From positions 1 to 46,449 of the forward strand of contig DATEBK010000382.1 in assembly GCA_035287825.1 (NCBI GenBank): a stretch of 46,449 nt of DNA, written 5' to 3'. Below are positions 35,584 through 44,161 of the stretch, in pieces. The notes under the pieces are model-generated. The model saw only the letters and a program-made list of their open reading frames with translations. It made no database searches and had not been told where the DNA came from. The stretch's first letter is position 1, and every line of letters starts with the position of its first letter. The position numbers and the translations under genes were made by a program. Source of the DNA: Terriglobales bacterium. GTDB taxonomy: Bacteria > Acidobacteriota > Terriglobia > Terriglobales > Acidobacteriaceae.

Positions 35584-37790
35584 ATAATTTAGTAAAAGTC
35601 ACCCGAGCGAATCAGAACGATAGTGAGAGTGAGAAAAATAACGGCATCGCCATCATCACCATCGATAACCCGCCCGTGAACGCGCTCAGCCCCGGCGTTC
35701 CTGAGGCCATCTCGGCGGCAATCGACGAGATCAATGCCGACCCCGCCGTCAAAGCCGCCGTCGTAATCGGCGCGGGCCGCACGTTCGTTGCCGGAGCCGA
35801 TATCAAGGAATTCGTCAAGATGACCGCCGCTGGAGCGCGCCGCGCAACTTTGCTTCCTCTGCTGCTTCGCATCGAAGATAGCGCCAAACCCATCGTCATG
35901 GCGATTCACGGAAGCGCATTCGGTGGCGGCCTGGAACTCGCCATGGCCGGCCACTACCGCGTAGCGTCACCCACGGCGCAAGTCGGCCAGCCCGAAGTCA
36001 AACTCGGCATCATTCCCGGAGCCGGCGGGACCCAGCGCCTCCCGCGCCTCGTCGGTTTAGCCAAAGCAGTCGAAATGTGTGCCGAGGGCAAGCCCGTTTC
36101 CGCGCGTGATGCCGCTGAGCTCGGCCTCATCGACCAGCTTATCGAAGGCGACCTTCTTACCGGAGCAATATCTTTCGCCCATGATGTCGCTGGCAAACCC
36201 GCTCCCAAAACCCGCGAGCGTACCGCCAAGCTCGGAACTCCCACCGAGAACGCCGCCATCTTCGCTGCGGCACGCTCCGTTGCTGCCAAAAAGCAACGTG
36301 GATTAAAAGCTCCGCTTGCCGCCATCGATGCCATCGAAGCCGGAACCAGGTTGTCATTCGACGAAGGCTGCCAGGCTGAGGCGAAGCTTTTCACCGAATG
36401 TCTTTTCTCCGATCAATCGAAAGCGCTCATTCACGTTTTCTTCGGCGAGCGCGAAGTCGCGAAGATTCCTGACGTCCCCAAAGAAACTCCGACTCTGCCC
36501 GTGAATCGTGCGGCGGTTGTCGGCTCCGGAACCATGGGCGGAGGTATCGCCATGGTCTTCGCCAATGCCGGCATTCCTGTACTGCTGAAAGACGTTGACG
36601 AAGCCGCGCTCGCAGCCGGAATCGCAAAAATTCGTAAGAACTACGCGACCTCAGTCGAGCGTGGACGCTTCACTCAAGCATTCGTCGATGAACGCCTGCA
36701 AATGATCACCCCTGTCCAAAGCTACGATGCGTTTTCCAGCGTAGACATGGTGGTGGAAGCCGTATTCGAAGGCATGGCCCTCAAGAAAGAAGTTTTCGCT
36801 GAACTCGACCGCGCCTGCCGCCCCGGAGCGATTCTCGCCAGCAACACCTCGACTCTCAACATTGACGAAATCGCCGCTGCCACATCTCGGCCCGAATCTG
36901 TGATTGGAACGCACTTCTTCAGTCCCGCCAATGTCATGCGCCTGCTCGAAATCGTTCGTGGAAAAAAGACCAGCAAAGAAGTTATTGCCACTTGTATGCA
37001 GCTCTCAAAGAAACTCGGCAAGATAGGCGTGCTGGTCGGCAACTGTCGCGGCTTCGTCGGCAATCGCATGTTCGGCCCCTATCGCCGCGAAGCGCAATTC
37101 CTCATCGAAGAAGGGGCCGACATCGAAGCTGTCGATCAAGCGCTGGTCGCATTTGGTAATGCCATGGGGCCGCTCGCCACCGGAGATCTCGCAGGTCTCG
37201 ATGTAGGTTGGCGTATTCGCAAAGAATATCGTCACCTCGAAAAACCAGGAATCCGGCAGCCCTTCGCAGAAGACCGCCTTTGCGAACTCGGCCGCTACGG
37301 CCAGAAGACCTCGAAAGGCTGGTATCGCTACGACGAAAACCGGCGTCCGGTCGCCGATCCCGAGGTCATTGCGCTAATTCGAAAGTGGAGCGCCGATGCC
37401 GGCATCCCGCAACGCCAGATTTCCTCCGATGAGATCGTTGATCGCTGCACATATGCGCTCGTCAACGAAGGCGCGCGAATTCTCGAAGAGGGCTACGCAC
37501 TGCGCGCCGTCGACATCGACATCATCTATCTCAACGGTTACGGATTTCCCGCCTACCGCGGTGGTCCGATGTGGTATGCCGACACGGTGGGATTGTCGAA
37601 GGTTTATCAGCGCGTTTGCGAGTTTCAGCAGCAGCACGGAGAAATCTGGGCGCCCGCACCTCTATTGAAACGTTGGCCGAAGCTGGCAAAACATTCGCCG
37701 AGTTTGACAAAGAGCAGCTCGTGGCCGCCTAACCACCGGTGCGAAGCTGGGTTCTCAGTTGATTTTGACACACAGAAGTTGAGGAGCTGA
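35580..37790 (+). CDS. bifunctional enoyl-CoA hydratase / 3-hydroxyacyl-CoA dehydrogenase (FadB/FadJ-like); the 3' end is probably frameshifted
   Basis: Crotonase part ITIDNPPVNAL, HGSAFGGGLELAMA. Dehydrogenase Rossmann VVGSGTMGGGIA. After ...APAPLLKR (about 37671) the annotated frame reads WPKLAKHSPSLTKSSSWPPNH..., while the +2 frame reads LAEAGKTFAEFDKEQLVAA and stops at 37730-37732, which looks like the native tail. Confidence 0.85.
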   Translation: MNNLVKVTRANQNDSESEKNNGIAIITIDNPPVNALSPGVPEAISAAIDEINADPAVKAAVVIGAGRTFVAGADIKEFVKMTAAGARRATLLPLLLRIEDSAKPIVMAIHGSAFGGGLELAMAGHYRVASPTAQVGQPEVKLGIIPGAGGTQRLPRLVGLAKAVEMCAEGKPVSARDAAELGLIDQLIEGDLLTGAISFAHDVAGKPAPKTRERTAKLGTPTENAAIFAAARSVAAKKQRGLKAPLAAIDAIEAGTRLSFDEGCQAEAKLFTECLFSDQSKALIHVFFGEREVAKIPDVPKETPTLPVNRAAVVGSGTMGGGIAMVFANAGIPVLLKDVDEAALAAGIAKIRKNYATSVERGRFTQAFVDERLQMITPVQSYDAFSSVDMVVEAVFEGMALKKEVFAELDRACRPGAILASNTSTLNIDEIAAATSRPESVIGTHFFSPANVMRLLEIVRGKKTSKEVIATCMQLSKKLGKIGVLVGNCRGFVGNRMFGPYRREAQFLIEEGADIEAVDQALVAFGNAMGPLATGDLAGLDVGWRIRKEYRHLEKPGIRQPFAEDRLCELGRYGQKTSKGWYRYDENRRPVADPEVIALIRKWSADAGIPQRQISSDEIVDRCTYALVNEGARILEEGYALRAVDIDIIYLNGYGFPAYRGGPMWYADTVGLSKVYQRVCEFQQQHGEIWAPAPLLKRWPKLAKHSPSLTKSSSWPPNHRCEAGFSVDFDTQKLRS

Positions 37791-39004
37791 TGAGAGAAGC
37801 AGTCATCGTAACCAGTTCGCGTACCGCGCTAGCCAAATCATTTCGCGGATCATTCAACCTGACGCGTCCCGAAGAACTCGCCGCGCATTGCATTCAAGAT
37901 GTGCTGCGCAAAACACCGCAACTCGATCCCCGCGAAGTCGAAGACGTCATTCTCGGTTGCGGACAGCCTCACGGCCCGCAAGGTCACAACATCGCACGAG
38001 TCGCCGCTCTGCTGGCCGGTTTGCCGACTTCAGTCGGCGGCCTCACTCTCAACCGCTTCTGCTCTTCCGGTCTTCAATCCATCGCGCAGGCCGCGTATCA
38101 AGTCGTCAGCGGAGGCAGCGACGCAATAATCGCCGGCGGCGTCGAAAGCATCACGCTCGTGCCGCGCAACAGCGATCCCAATCCCCGCCTGCTGGAAAAA
38201 TATCCCGGCGTCTACATGGTGATGGGCGACACCGCCGAAGTCGTAGCCAAGCGCTACAAAATCAGCCGTCAGGCGCAAGACGAATACGCTCTGCTCAGCC
38301 AGCAGCGCACCGCTCGCGCCCAGCAGGAAGGCTTCTTCGGGAAAGAAATTGCTCCCATGCACGTCATTCGAGCCACGCTCGATAAAAAAACCGGCGAAGT
38401 CATCGCGAAAGAAGAAGTCTGCGCCGATAAGGACGAATGCAATCGCCCCGATACGACGCTCCAAGGCCTACTGGCTCTCAAGCCGCACTTCGACACGACC
38501 AGCGGCAGCGGAACCGTCACCGCCGGAAATTCTTCCCAGCTTTCCGACGGCGCATCCGCCACGCTCGTAATGTCGCGCCAACGCGCCGACCACCTTGGCA
38601 TCCCGTACAAATTAATTTTTCGCGGCTTCCAGATCGCCGGCTGCGATCCCGACGAAATGGGAATCGGCCCCGTATTCGCCGTTCCAAAATTGTTACAGCG
38701 CGCCGGCCTCAAATCGAGCGACATCGATCTTTGGGAGCTCAACGAGGCCTTCGCCGTTCAAGTCATCTACTGCCGCGACCGCCTCCAAATCGATCCCGAG
38801 AAAATGAATGTCAACGGCGGTTCCATCTCCATCGGCCATCCCTTCGGCATGACCGGCTCGCGCATGGTCGGAACTCTGGCCAATGAAATGGCGCGTCGCA
38901 GATCCAACAACAAAACTCGCTACGGAGTTGTCACCATGTGCGTCGGTGGCGGCCAGGGCGCCGCCGGACTCTTTGAATCTGCACACGGGGAAAGCGCGGC
39001 ATGA
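37790..39004 (+). CDS. acetyl-CoA C-acyltransferase (thiolase), second copy
   Basis: [44 protein letters not shown] Shine-Dalgarno lies upstream. The start overlaps the upstream stop by 1 nt (TGATG). Confidence 0.93.
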   Translation: MREAVIVTSSRTALAKSFRGSFNLTRPEELAAHCIQDVLRKTPQLDPREVEDVILGCGQPHGPQGHNIARVAALLAGLPTSVGGLTLNRFCSSGLQSIAQAAYQVVSGGSDAIIAGGVESITLVPRNSDPNPRLLEKYPGVYMVMGDTAEVVAKRYKISRQAQDEYALLSQQRTARAQQEGFFGKEIAPMHVIRATLDKKTGEVIAKEEVCADKDECNRPDTTLQGLLALKPHFDTTSGSGTVTAGNSSQLSDGASATLVMSRQRADHLGIPYKLIFRGFQIAGCDPDEMGIGPVFAVPKLLQRAGLKSSDIDLWELNEAFAVQVIYCRDRLQIDPEKMNVNGGSISIGHPFGMTGSRMVGTLANEMARRRSNNKTRYGVVTMCVGGGQGAAGLFESAHGESAA

Positions 39005-39017
39005 AAGTGCAAAACGC

Positions 39018-39746
39018 ATGAGCCACATCGTCCTCGTGCGTCACGGGCAAGCTTCTTTTCTCGGAGCCGATTATGACAAGCTTTCCGCCAACGGCGAAGC
39101 GCAAGCGAAGTTGCTCGGGGAATACTGGTCGCGCCGTGCCACCGTTTTTGCCAGCGCATACTCCGGCCCGCGTGTCCGCCAACGCGAGACCGCCCGCATC
39201 GTGGCTGATGCATATCGCGCCGCCGGCGCCGACTTTCCCGAGCCAAAGATCATGACCGATTTCGACGAATATCAAGCGGAAGCCGTCTTGCGTGAATGTC
39301 TGCCGCAACTGCTGCAAGTGGATCCCGCGATCCGGGAAATGCGTCTCGCTTTTGAAAACGCGAAAGGCTCCGGTGATTCTCTCGATCGCCGCAAAACATT
39401 TCAAAAGCTGTTTGAAGCCGTAATAGCGAAATGGGTCGCAGGAGACGTCACCGCCCCCGGCATTGAATCGTGGTCCGATTTCTGCCTGCGCGTAGAACGA
39501 GGACTGGCCGAAGTCGTTCGCGCCACTCCCGCCGCCGCGGCCGCTGTCATCTTCACATCTGCCGGCCCGATTGGAGCGGCCATGCGCCGCGCATTGCATC
39601 TGTCCGCCCAAGACATGCTGCAGATCACCTGGGCGTCGCTCAACGCCTCTTTCAGCACTTTTCTCGCTTCCGGCGACCGCTTCTCTTTGGGCGCGTTCAA
39701 CGCGTACCCGCATCTTGATGGCGATGGCTTGTTGACGTACCGATAG
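39018..39746 (+). CDS. histidine phosphatase (phosphoglycerate-mutase-like) superfamily protein
   Basis: MSHIVLVRHGQASF carries the RHG catalytic motif, and LSANGEAQAKLLG and RQRETA are family-typical. The region expected to read SHG reads SAG (A182, codon 39561-39563). Confidence 0.8.
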   Translation: MSHIVLVRHGQASFLGADYDKLSANGEAQAKLLGEYWSRRATVFASAYSGPRVRQRETARIVADAYRAAGADFPEPKIMTDFDEYQAEAVLRECLPQLLQVDPAIREMRLAFENAKGSGDSLDRRKTFQKLFEAVIAKWVAGDVTAPGIESWSDFCLRVERGLAEVVRATPAAAAAVIFTSAGPIGAAMRRALHLSAQDMLQITWASLNASFSTFLASGDRFSLGAFNAYPHLDGDGLLTYR

Positions 39747-39760
39747 AAAGAGTTACAACT

Positions 39761-40837
39761 ATGGTTGCGCTTTGTGATCAAGCGGGAATGGTGAGGGCCG
39801 GTGAAGCACTCGACATCGCCCGGCTGGAGCCGTTCTTACAAGAGCGCTTCGCCTCCACGGGCAACCTATCCGTCGAACAATTTCCCAGCGGCCACTCGAA
39901 CCTCACCTACCTTGTTCGTCTCGGCAGCAGGGAACTCGTTCTGCGCCGTCCGCCGTTCGGCAGCAAAGTCCGTTCTGCGCATGACATGTCGCGCGAGTAT
40001 CGCGTGCTCTCGAAATTGCACACTGCCTATCCCGTCGCCCCCAAAGCGCTCCTCTACTGCGATGATCCGTCGATTCTCGGCGCGCCGTTCTATCTGATGG
40101 AACCAATTCACGGAATCATCCTGCGCCGCGATCCGCCCGCCGGTGTGCCGTTTCCGCCGGAGACTGCGCGGCGATTAAGCGAAGCGTTCATCGCCAACCT
40201 GGCGCGCTTGCATTCGCTCGACTACGCTGCTATCGGATTTTCTGATCTTGGAAAGCCGCAAGGCTATCTCGAACGCCAGGTCACTGGCTGGATCGAGCGC
40301 TATCACAACTCAAAAACGCACGACCTGCCGGAAGTCGAAAGCATTTCCACTTGGCTCACGGCGCGACTCCCGGACATTCTCGAGAAAGCGCACCAGCCCG
40401 CGATCATCCACAACGATTACAAGTACGACAATGTTGTGCTCGATCCAAGCGATGCCACCAAAATCGTCGGCGTTCTCGATTGGGAAATGTGCACCATCGG
40501 CGATCCGCTCTCCGATCTAGGAACCGCACTGGCCTACTGGACCGATCCGCAAGATCCGAACGATTTCCAGGAAATTCGCAGCGCGCCTACCACCTTGCCC
40601 GGCATGCTGACGCGGTTACAACTCATCGAGCGTTATGCAGCCGCCACTGGCCGTGATCCGCGTGGCATGGTTTTTTATCTCGCCTTCGCCCGCTTCAAAG
40701 TTGCCGTCATCATTCAGCAAATCTACTACCGCTTCGCCCAGGGACTAACACAGGACGAACGTTTCGCGACCCTGCCCGCGAAAGTCCACACCTTGCTGCG
40801 CGCCTCATGGCGCTGCGCGGAAAGCGGAACTATATGA
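39761..40837 (+). CDS. APH-fold phosphotransferase of the ACAD10/ACAD11 N-terminal-domain-like type
   Basis: FPSGHSNLTYLVRLGSRELVLRRPPFGSKVRSAHDMSREYRVLSKL resembles the ACAD10/11 kinase-domain N-lobe. Catalytic loop IIHNDYKYDN (H217-x-D219-x4-N224) and Mg-binding D240 (VLDWE) are intact. Confidence 0.82.
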   Translation: MVALCDQAGMVRAGEALDIARLEPFLQERFASTGNLSVEQFPSGHSNLTYLVRLGSRELVLRRPPFGSKVRSAHDMSREYRVLSKLHTAYPVAPKALLYCDDPSILGAPFYLMEPIHGIILRRDPPAGVPFPPETARRLSEAFIANLARLHSLDYAAIGFSDLGKPQGYLERQVTGWIERYHNSKTHDLPEVESISTWLTARLPDILEKAHQPAIIHNDYKYDNVVLDPSDATKIVGVLDWEMCTIGDPLSDLGTALAYWTDPQDPNDFQEIRSAPTTLPGMLTRLQLIERYAAATGRDPRGMVFYLAFARFKVAVIIQQIYYRFAQGLTQDERFATLPAKVHTLLRASWRCAESGTI

Positions 40838-40845
40838 CCAGGCAC

Positions 40846-41328
40846 TCATTTCGCGTAGTAGCGGATGAGCCACTCGGCAACGCAACAAGGTTTTTCCGCC
40901 GCCGCGCCGCTCGCATCCTGACTCTCAACTTGAACAAGAAAAACGGCATCGACAAACCCAACTGCTTCCTTAACCGAAAGCAACGTAATCCGGCCCCGCA
41001 CCGCCGATCCAGCGCGCAGCGTCGACGGAAAGCGAACTCTGTTCAGTCCGTAGTTGACCGTCATCGCCAGTCCCGAACGAATATGAATCGCCTCCTTCAG
41101 AAAATGTGGCAGCAGCGAAAGCGTCAGGAACCCGTGCGCGATGCTGCCGCCGAATGGCGTCTCACGCCCTGCCCGTTCCGCGTCCAGGTGGATCCATTGC
41201 CGGTCCTCGGTAGCGTCGGCAAACCTCTCGATGCGCTCCTGCGTGACCACGAACCACTCCGTCGCCGGAAACTGGCGTCCCTCGCACGATTTCAAGGAAT
41301 TACAATTTTCAATCTCAAAAGGTGGCAT
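40846..41328 (-). CDS. MaoC-family (R)-specific enoyl-CoA hydratase / hot-dog-fold dehydratase
   Basis: FADATEDRQWIHLDAERAGRETPFGGSIAHGFLTLSLL is the MaoC hydratase motif. It is the only minus-strand gene between 31.4 and 46.4 kb. Confidence 0.88.
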   Translation of the reverse strand: MPPFEIENCNSLKSCEGRQFPATEWFVVTQERIERFADATEDRQWIHLDAERAGRETPFGGSIAHGFLTLSLLPHFLKEAIHIRSGLAMTVNYGLNRVRFPSTLRAGSAVRGRITLLSVKEAVGFVDAVFLVQVESQDASGAAAEKPCCVAEWLIRYYAK

Positions 41329-41339
41329 AGGAGTTTGTC

Positions 41340-43115
41340 ATGACGACATTAACAGACATCTCGCGCAAAACCACAAAGGGCGTTGCGTTCCTCATCGAAA
41401 ACTCTACCCCGCACGACATCTTCACGCCTGAAGATCTAAGTGACGAACATCTCGCCGTCGGCCGCATGGTCGATGAATTCTGGGCCAACGAAGTCGAACC
41501 GAATCTGCCCGCCATCCGCGAAAAAAAGCCCGGCGCTGCCATGGCTGTGCTGCGCAAGTCGGTCGACCTCGGCCTCACCGCCATGGCCATCCCCGAAGAA
41601 TATGGAGGCATGGCCATGGATCTCCCATCTCTGATGGTCACCGCCGAGCGCATGGGTCGCGACGGTTCCTACGGAGGTTGGCACTCCGCTCATACCGGTA
41701 TCGGTACCTTGCCCATCGTCTACTTCGGCAACGAACAGCAGAAAAGAAAATATCTTCCGAAGCTGGCGAAAGTTGAACTGCTCGCCGCTTACGCGCTTAC
41801 CGAGCCTCTCGCCGGATCGGACGCGCTTTCCGCTCGCACCCGCGCCGATCTTGCCCCCGATGGCATGCACTACATCCTCAACGGCCAGAAAATGTGGATC
41901 ACCAACGGCGGCGCTGCCGATCTCTTTACCGTCTTTGCGAAAGTCGGCGGAGAAAAGTTCACCGCATTTCTCGTTGAGCGCAACTTTCCCGGCGTGAGCA
42001 GCGGAGCCGAAGAACACAAAATGGGAATCACCGGCAGTTCGACCACCGCCGTTTATCTCGATAACGTCGCCGTGCCGCTCGAAAACGTCCTCGGAGAAAT
42101 TGGCCGTGGCCACGTCATCGCCTTCAACATACTCAACATCGGCCGTCTCAAACTCGGCCCCGCGTTAGTCGGAGCCGCAAAAAACGTCTTGGCCGTCAGT
42201 ATCAAATACGCCAAACAGCGCAAGGCATTCGGAACGACCATTTCTGAGTTCGGAGCAATCCAGCACAAACTCGCCGAAATGATGATTCGCATCTTCGTCG
42301 CCGAATCGATGGCGTGGCGCGTTGTCGGACTGATCGAAAGTCAAATGCACGCCGTCGAATCAGCTAACAATCCGAACCAGGAACTGAAGGCCATCGAAGA
42401 GTTCGCCGCCGAGTGCTCCATGGTCAAGGTCTATGCCGCAGAGATGCTCGACTACGTTGTCGACGAAGGCGTCCAGATCCACGGCGGTTACGGATACCAC
42501 CAGGACTACGCCGTCGAACGCTACTACCGTGACGCGCGCATCAACCGCCTGTTTGAAGGCACCAGTGAAATCAATCGTCTGGTGATCACCGGCATGCCGC
42601 TAAAACGCGCTGCCCGCGGACTTCTGCCGCTGTTCGAGGCCGCCAGCGAAGTCCTCCAACAACTCAATCAGCCGCTCAAGTCAGCCGGCAACGCCGCCGA
42701 CGCCGAAATGACCCTCGTCCACAATGCGAAACAAATCGCGCTCCTCACGCTCGCCGTCGCCCACCAGAAATTCGGTACCCAACTCGAGCAGCAACAGGAG
42801 ATCGTCATGAACCTCTCCGACATCATCATGGAGGTCTTCGCCATGGAATCCGCCCTGCTCCGCTCTCGCAAACTCGCCGCCGCCGGCGGGGGTCTCAATG
42901 CTGCCGACGCCTGCGCCGTCCACTTGCGAGACGCCATCGCCAAAGTCGAGCTCTCATCTCGCACCATTCTGAGTGCCGCCGTCCAAAGCGGCGACGACTT
43001 GCGCCGCTATCTTTCTCGCGTCCGCGAATATGCCAATCACGATCCTGTGAACTCCATCGCGCTCCGCCGTCAGATCGCCGTCCGCTTGTTGGCAAGTGAG
43101 CGCTATACCGTCTGA
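41340..43115 (+). CDS. acyl-CoA dehydrogenase, VLCAD-like long type (591 aa), paralog of 15814-17610
   Basis: YALTEPLAGSDA, KMWITNGGAADLFTVFAK, RINRLFEGTSEINR. An AGGAG Shine-Dalgarno at 41329-41335 abuts the MaoC start codon. Confidence 0.92.
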   Translation: MTTLTDISRKTTKGVAFLIENSTPHDIFTPEDLSDEHLAVGRMVDEFWANEVEPNLPAIREKKPGAAMAVLRKSVDLGLTAMAIPEEYGGMAMDLPSLMVTAERMGRDGSYGGWHSAHTGIGTLPIVYFGNEQQKRKYLPKLAKVELLAAYALTEPLAGSDALSARTRADLAPDGMHYILNGQKMWITNGGAADLFTVFAKVGGEKFTAFLVERNFPGVSSGAEEHKMGITGSSTTAVYLDNVAVPLENVLGEIGRGHVIAFNILNIGRLKLGPALVGAAKNVLAVSIKYAKQRKAFGTTISEFGAIQHKLAEMMIRIFVAESMAWRVVGLIESQMHAVESANNPNQELKAIEEFAAECSMVKVYAAEMLDYVVDEGVQIHGGYGYHQDYAVERYYRDARINRLFEGTSEINRLVITGMPLKRAARGLLPLFEAASEVLQQLNQPLKSAGNAADAEMTLVHNAKQIALLTLAVAHQKFGTQLEQQQEIVMNLSDIIMEVFAMESALLRSRKLAAAGGGLNAADACAVHLRDAIAKVELSSRTILSAAVQSGDDLRRYLSRVREYANHDPVNSIALRRQIAVRLLASERYTV

Positions 43116-43142
43116 GCCGCGCACGATACCGAAGGAGCCATC

Positions 43143-44153
43143 ATGCCCCCAACTAATCACAAGTTTCTTCTCGCCGCGCGTCCCGTTGGCATGCCCAAGC
43201 CAACCGACTGGACCTTCACCGAAGAACCGCTCCCAGAGCCGAAAGACGGCGAATTCCTCGTCCGGATCCTCTACATCTCGCTCGATCCTGCCATGCGCAT
43301 GTGGATGAACGACGTACGTTCCTACATCCCGCCCGTCGCCATCGGAGAAGTGATGCGCGCTCTTGCCCTCGGTGTCGTCACCGCATCGCGCAATCCCCGC
43401 TTCGCCGTTGGCGATCACGTCTCTGGAGCATTCGGCGTTCAGGAATACGCGCTCACCGACGGCCGCCGCGTCACCAAGATCGATCCTAAACTCGCACCTC
43501 TGCCAAAATTTCTCAGTGTCTTCGGCATGACTGGCATGACCGCATATTTCGCTCTGCTCGATACCGGCCAGCTCCAGCCCGGAGAAACCGTTGTCATCTC
43601 CGCCGCTGCCGGAGCCGTCGGCGCGCTCGCCGGCCAGATCGCCAAAATCAAGAATTGCCGCGTCGTCGGCATCGCCGGCGGAGCAGAGAAGTGCCGCTAC
43701 ATCGTCCACGAACTCGGCTTCGATGCCGCCATCGATTACAAATCCAATAATGAAGATGTCAAGCAGTCGCTGCGCAAGCATTGCCCCGACGGAATCGACG
43801 TTTATTTCGATAACGTCGGCGGCACGATTCTTGAGGCCGCGCTCGCCAACATCCGCATGCACGCACGCATCGTGATCTGCGGCGCCATCTCCCAGTACAA
43901 CAACACCGGCCCCGCCACTGGCCCGCGCAACTACATGTCGTTGCTCACCAATCGCGCCAGCATGAAAGGCATGCTGGTCATGGATTACGCCGACCGTTTT
44001 CCCCAGGCCCTCGCGGAAATGGCAACCTGGGTCGCCGCCGGCAAACTGAAATCCCGCGAAGACATCGTCGAAGGCATCGCAACCTTCCCCGAAACCCTGC
44101 TCAAGCTTTTCAAAAGCGAGAACACCGGCAAGCTGATGCTAAAGGTGAACTAA
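43143..44153 (+). CDS. NADP-dependent oxidoreductase of the PTGR1/LTB4-12-HD/CurA (alkenal/enone double-bond reductase) MDR subgroup
   Basis: The N-terminus NHKFLLAARPVGMPKPTDWTFTEEPLPEPKDGEFLVRILYISLDPAMRMWMND parallels E. coli CurA/YncB. Cofactor motif AAAGAVGALAGQIAK. No zinc ligands. Confidence 0.85.
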   Translation: MPPTNHKFLLAARPVGMPKPTDWTFTEEPLPEPKDGEFLVRILYISLDPAMRMWMNDVRSYIPPVAIGEVMRALALGVVTASRNPRFAVGDHVSGAFGVQEYALTDGRRVTKIDPKLAPLPKFLSVFGMTGMTAYFALLDTGQLQPGETVVISAAAGAVGALAGQIAKIKNCRVVGIAGGAEKCRYIVHELGFDAAIDYKSNNEDVKQSLRKHCPDGIDVYFDNVGGTILEAALANIRMHARIVICGAISQYNNTGPATGPRNYMSLLTNRASMKGMLVMDYADRFPQALAEMATWVAAGKLKSREDIVEGIATFPETLLKLFKSENTGKLMLKVN

Positions 44154-44161
44154 GGTACTGA

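Noticed and set aside
40807-41343. 178-aa plus-strand ORF that exactly spans MaoC in antisense and would make the operon uniformly plus-stranded
   Set aside because: The translation is Arg-rich junk (RRRAARILTLNLNKKNG...), whereas the minus strand has the canonical MaoC hydratase motif.
42954-43862. 302-aa minus-strand ORF antisense to the ACAD and enone reductase genes. The same reasoning covers 38931-39713, 10450-11211, 8957-9673, 19183-19854 and 41436-42113.
   Set aside because: All are shadow ORFs opposite motif-bearing genes, with Arg/Gly/Asp-rich translations.
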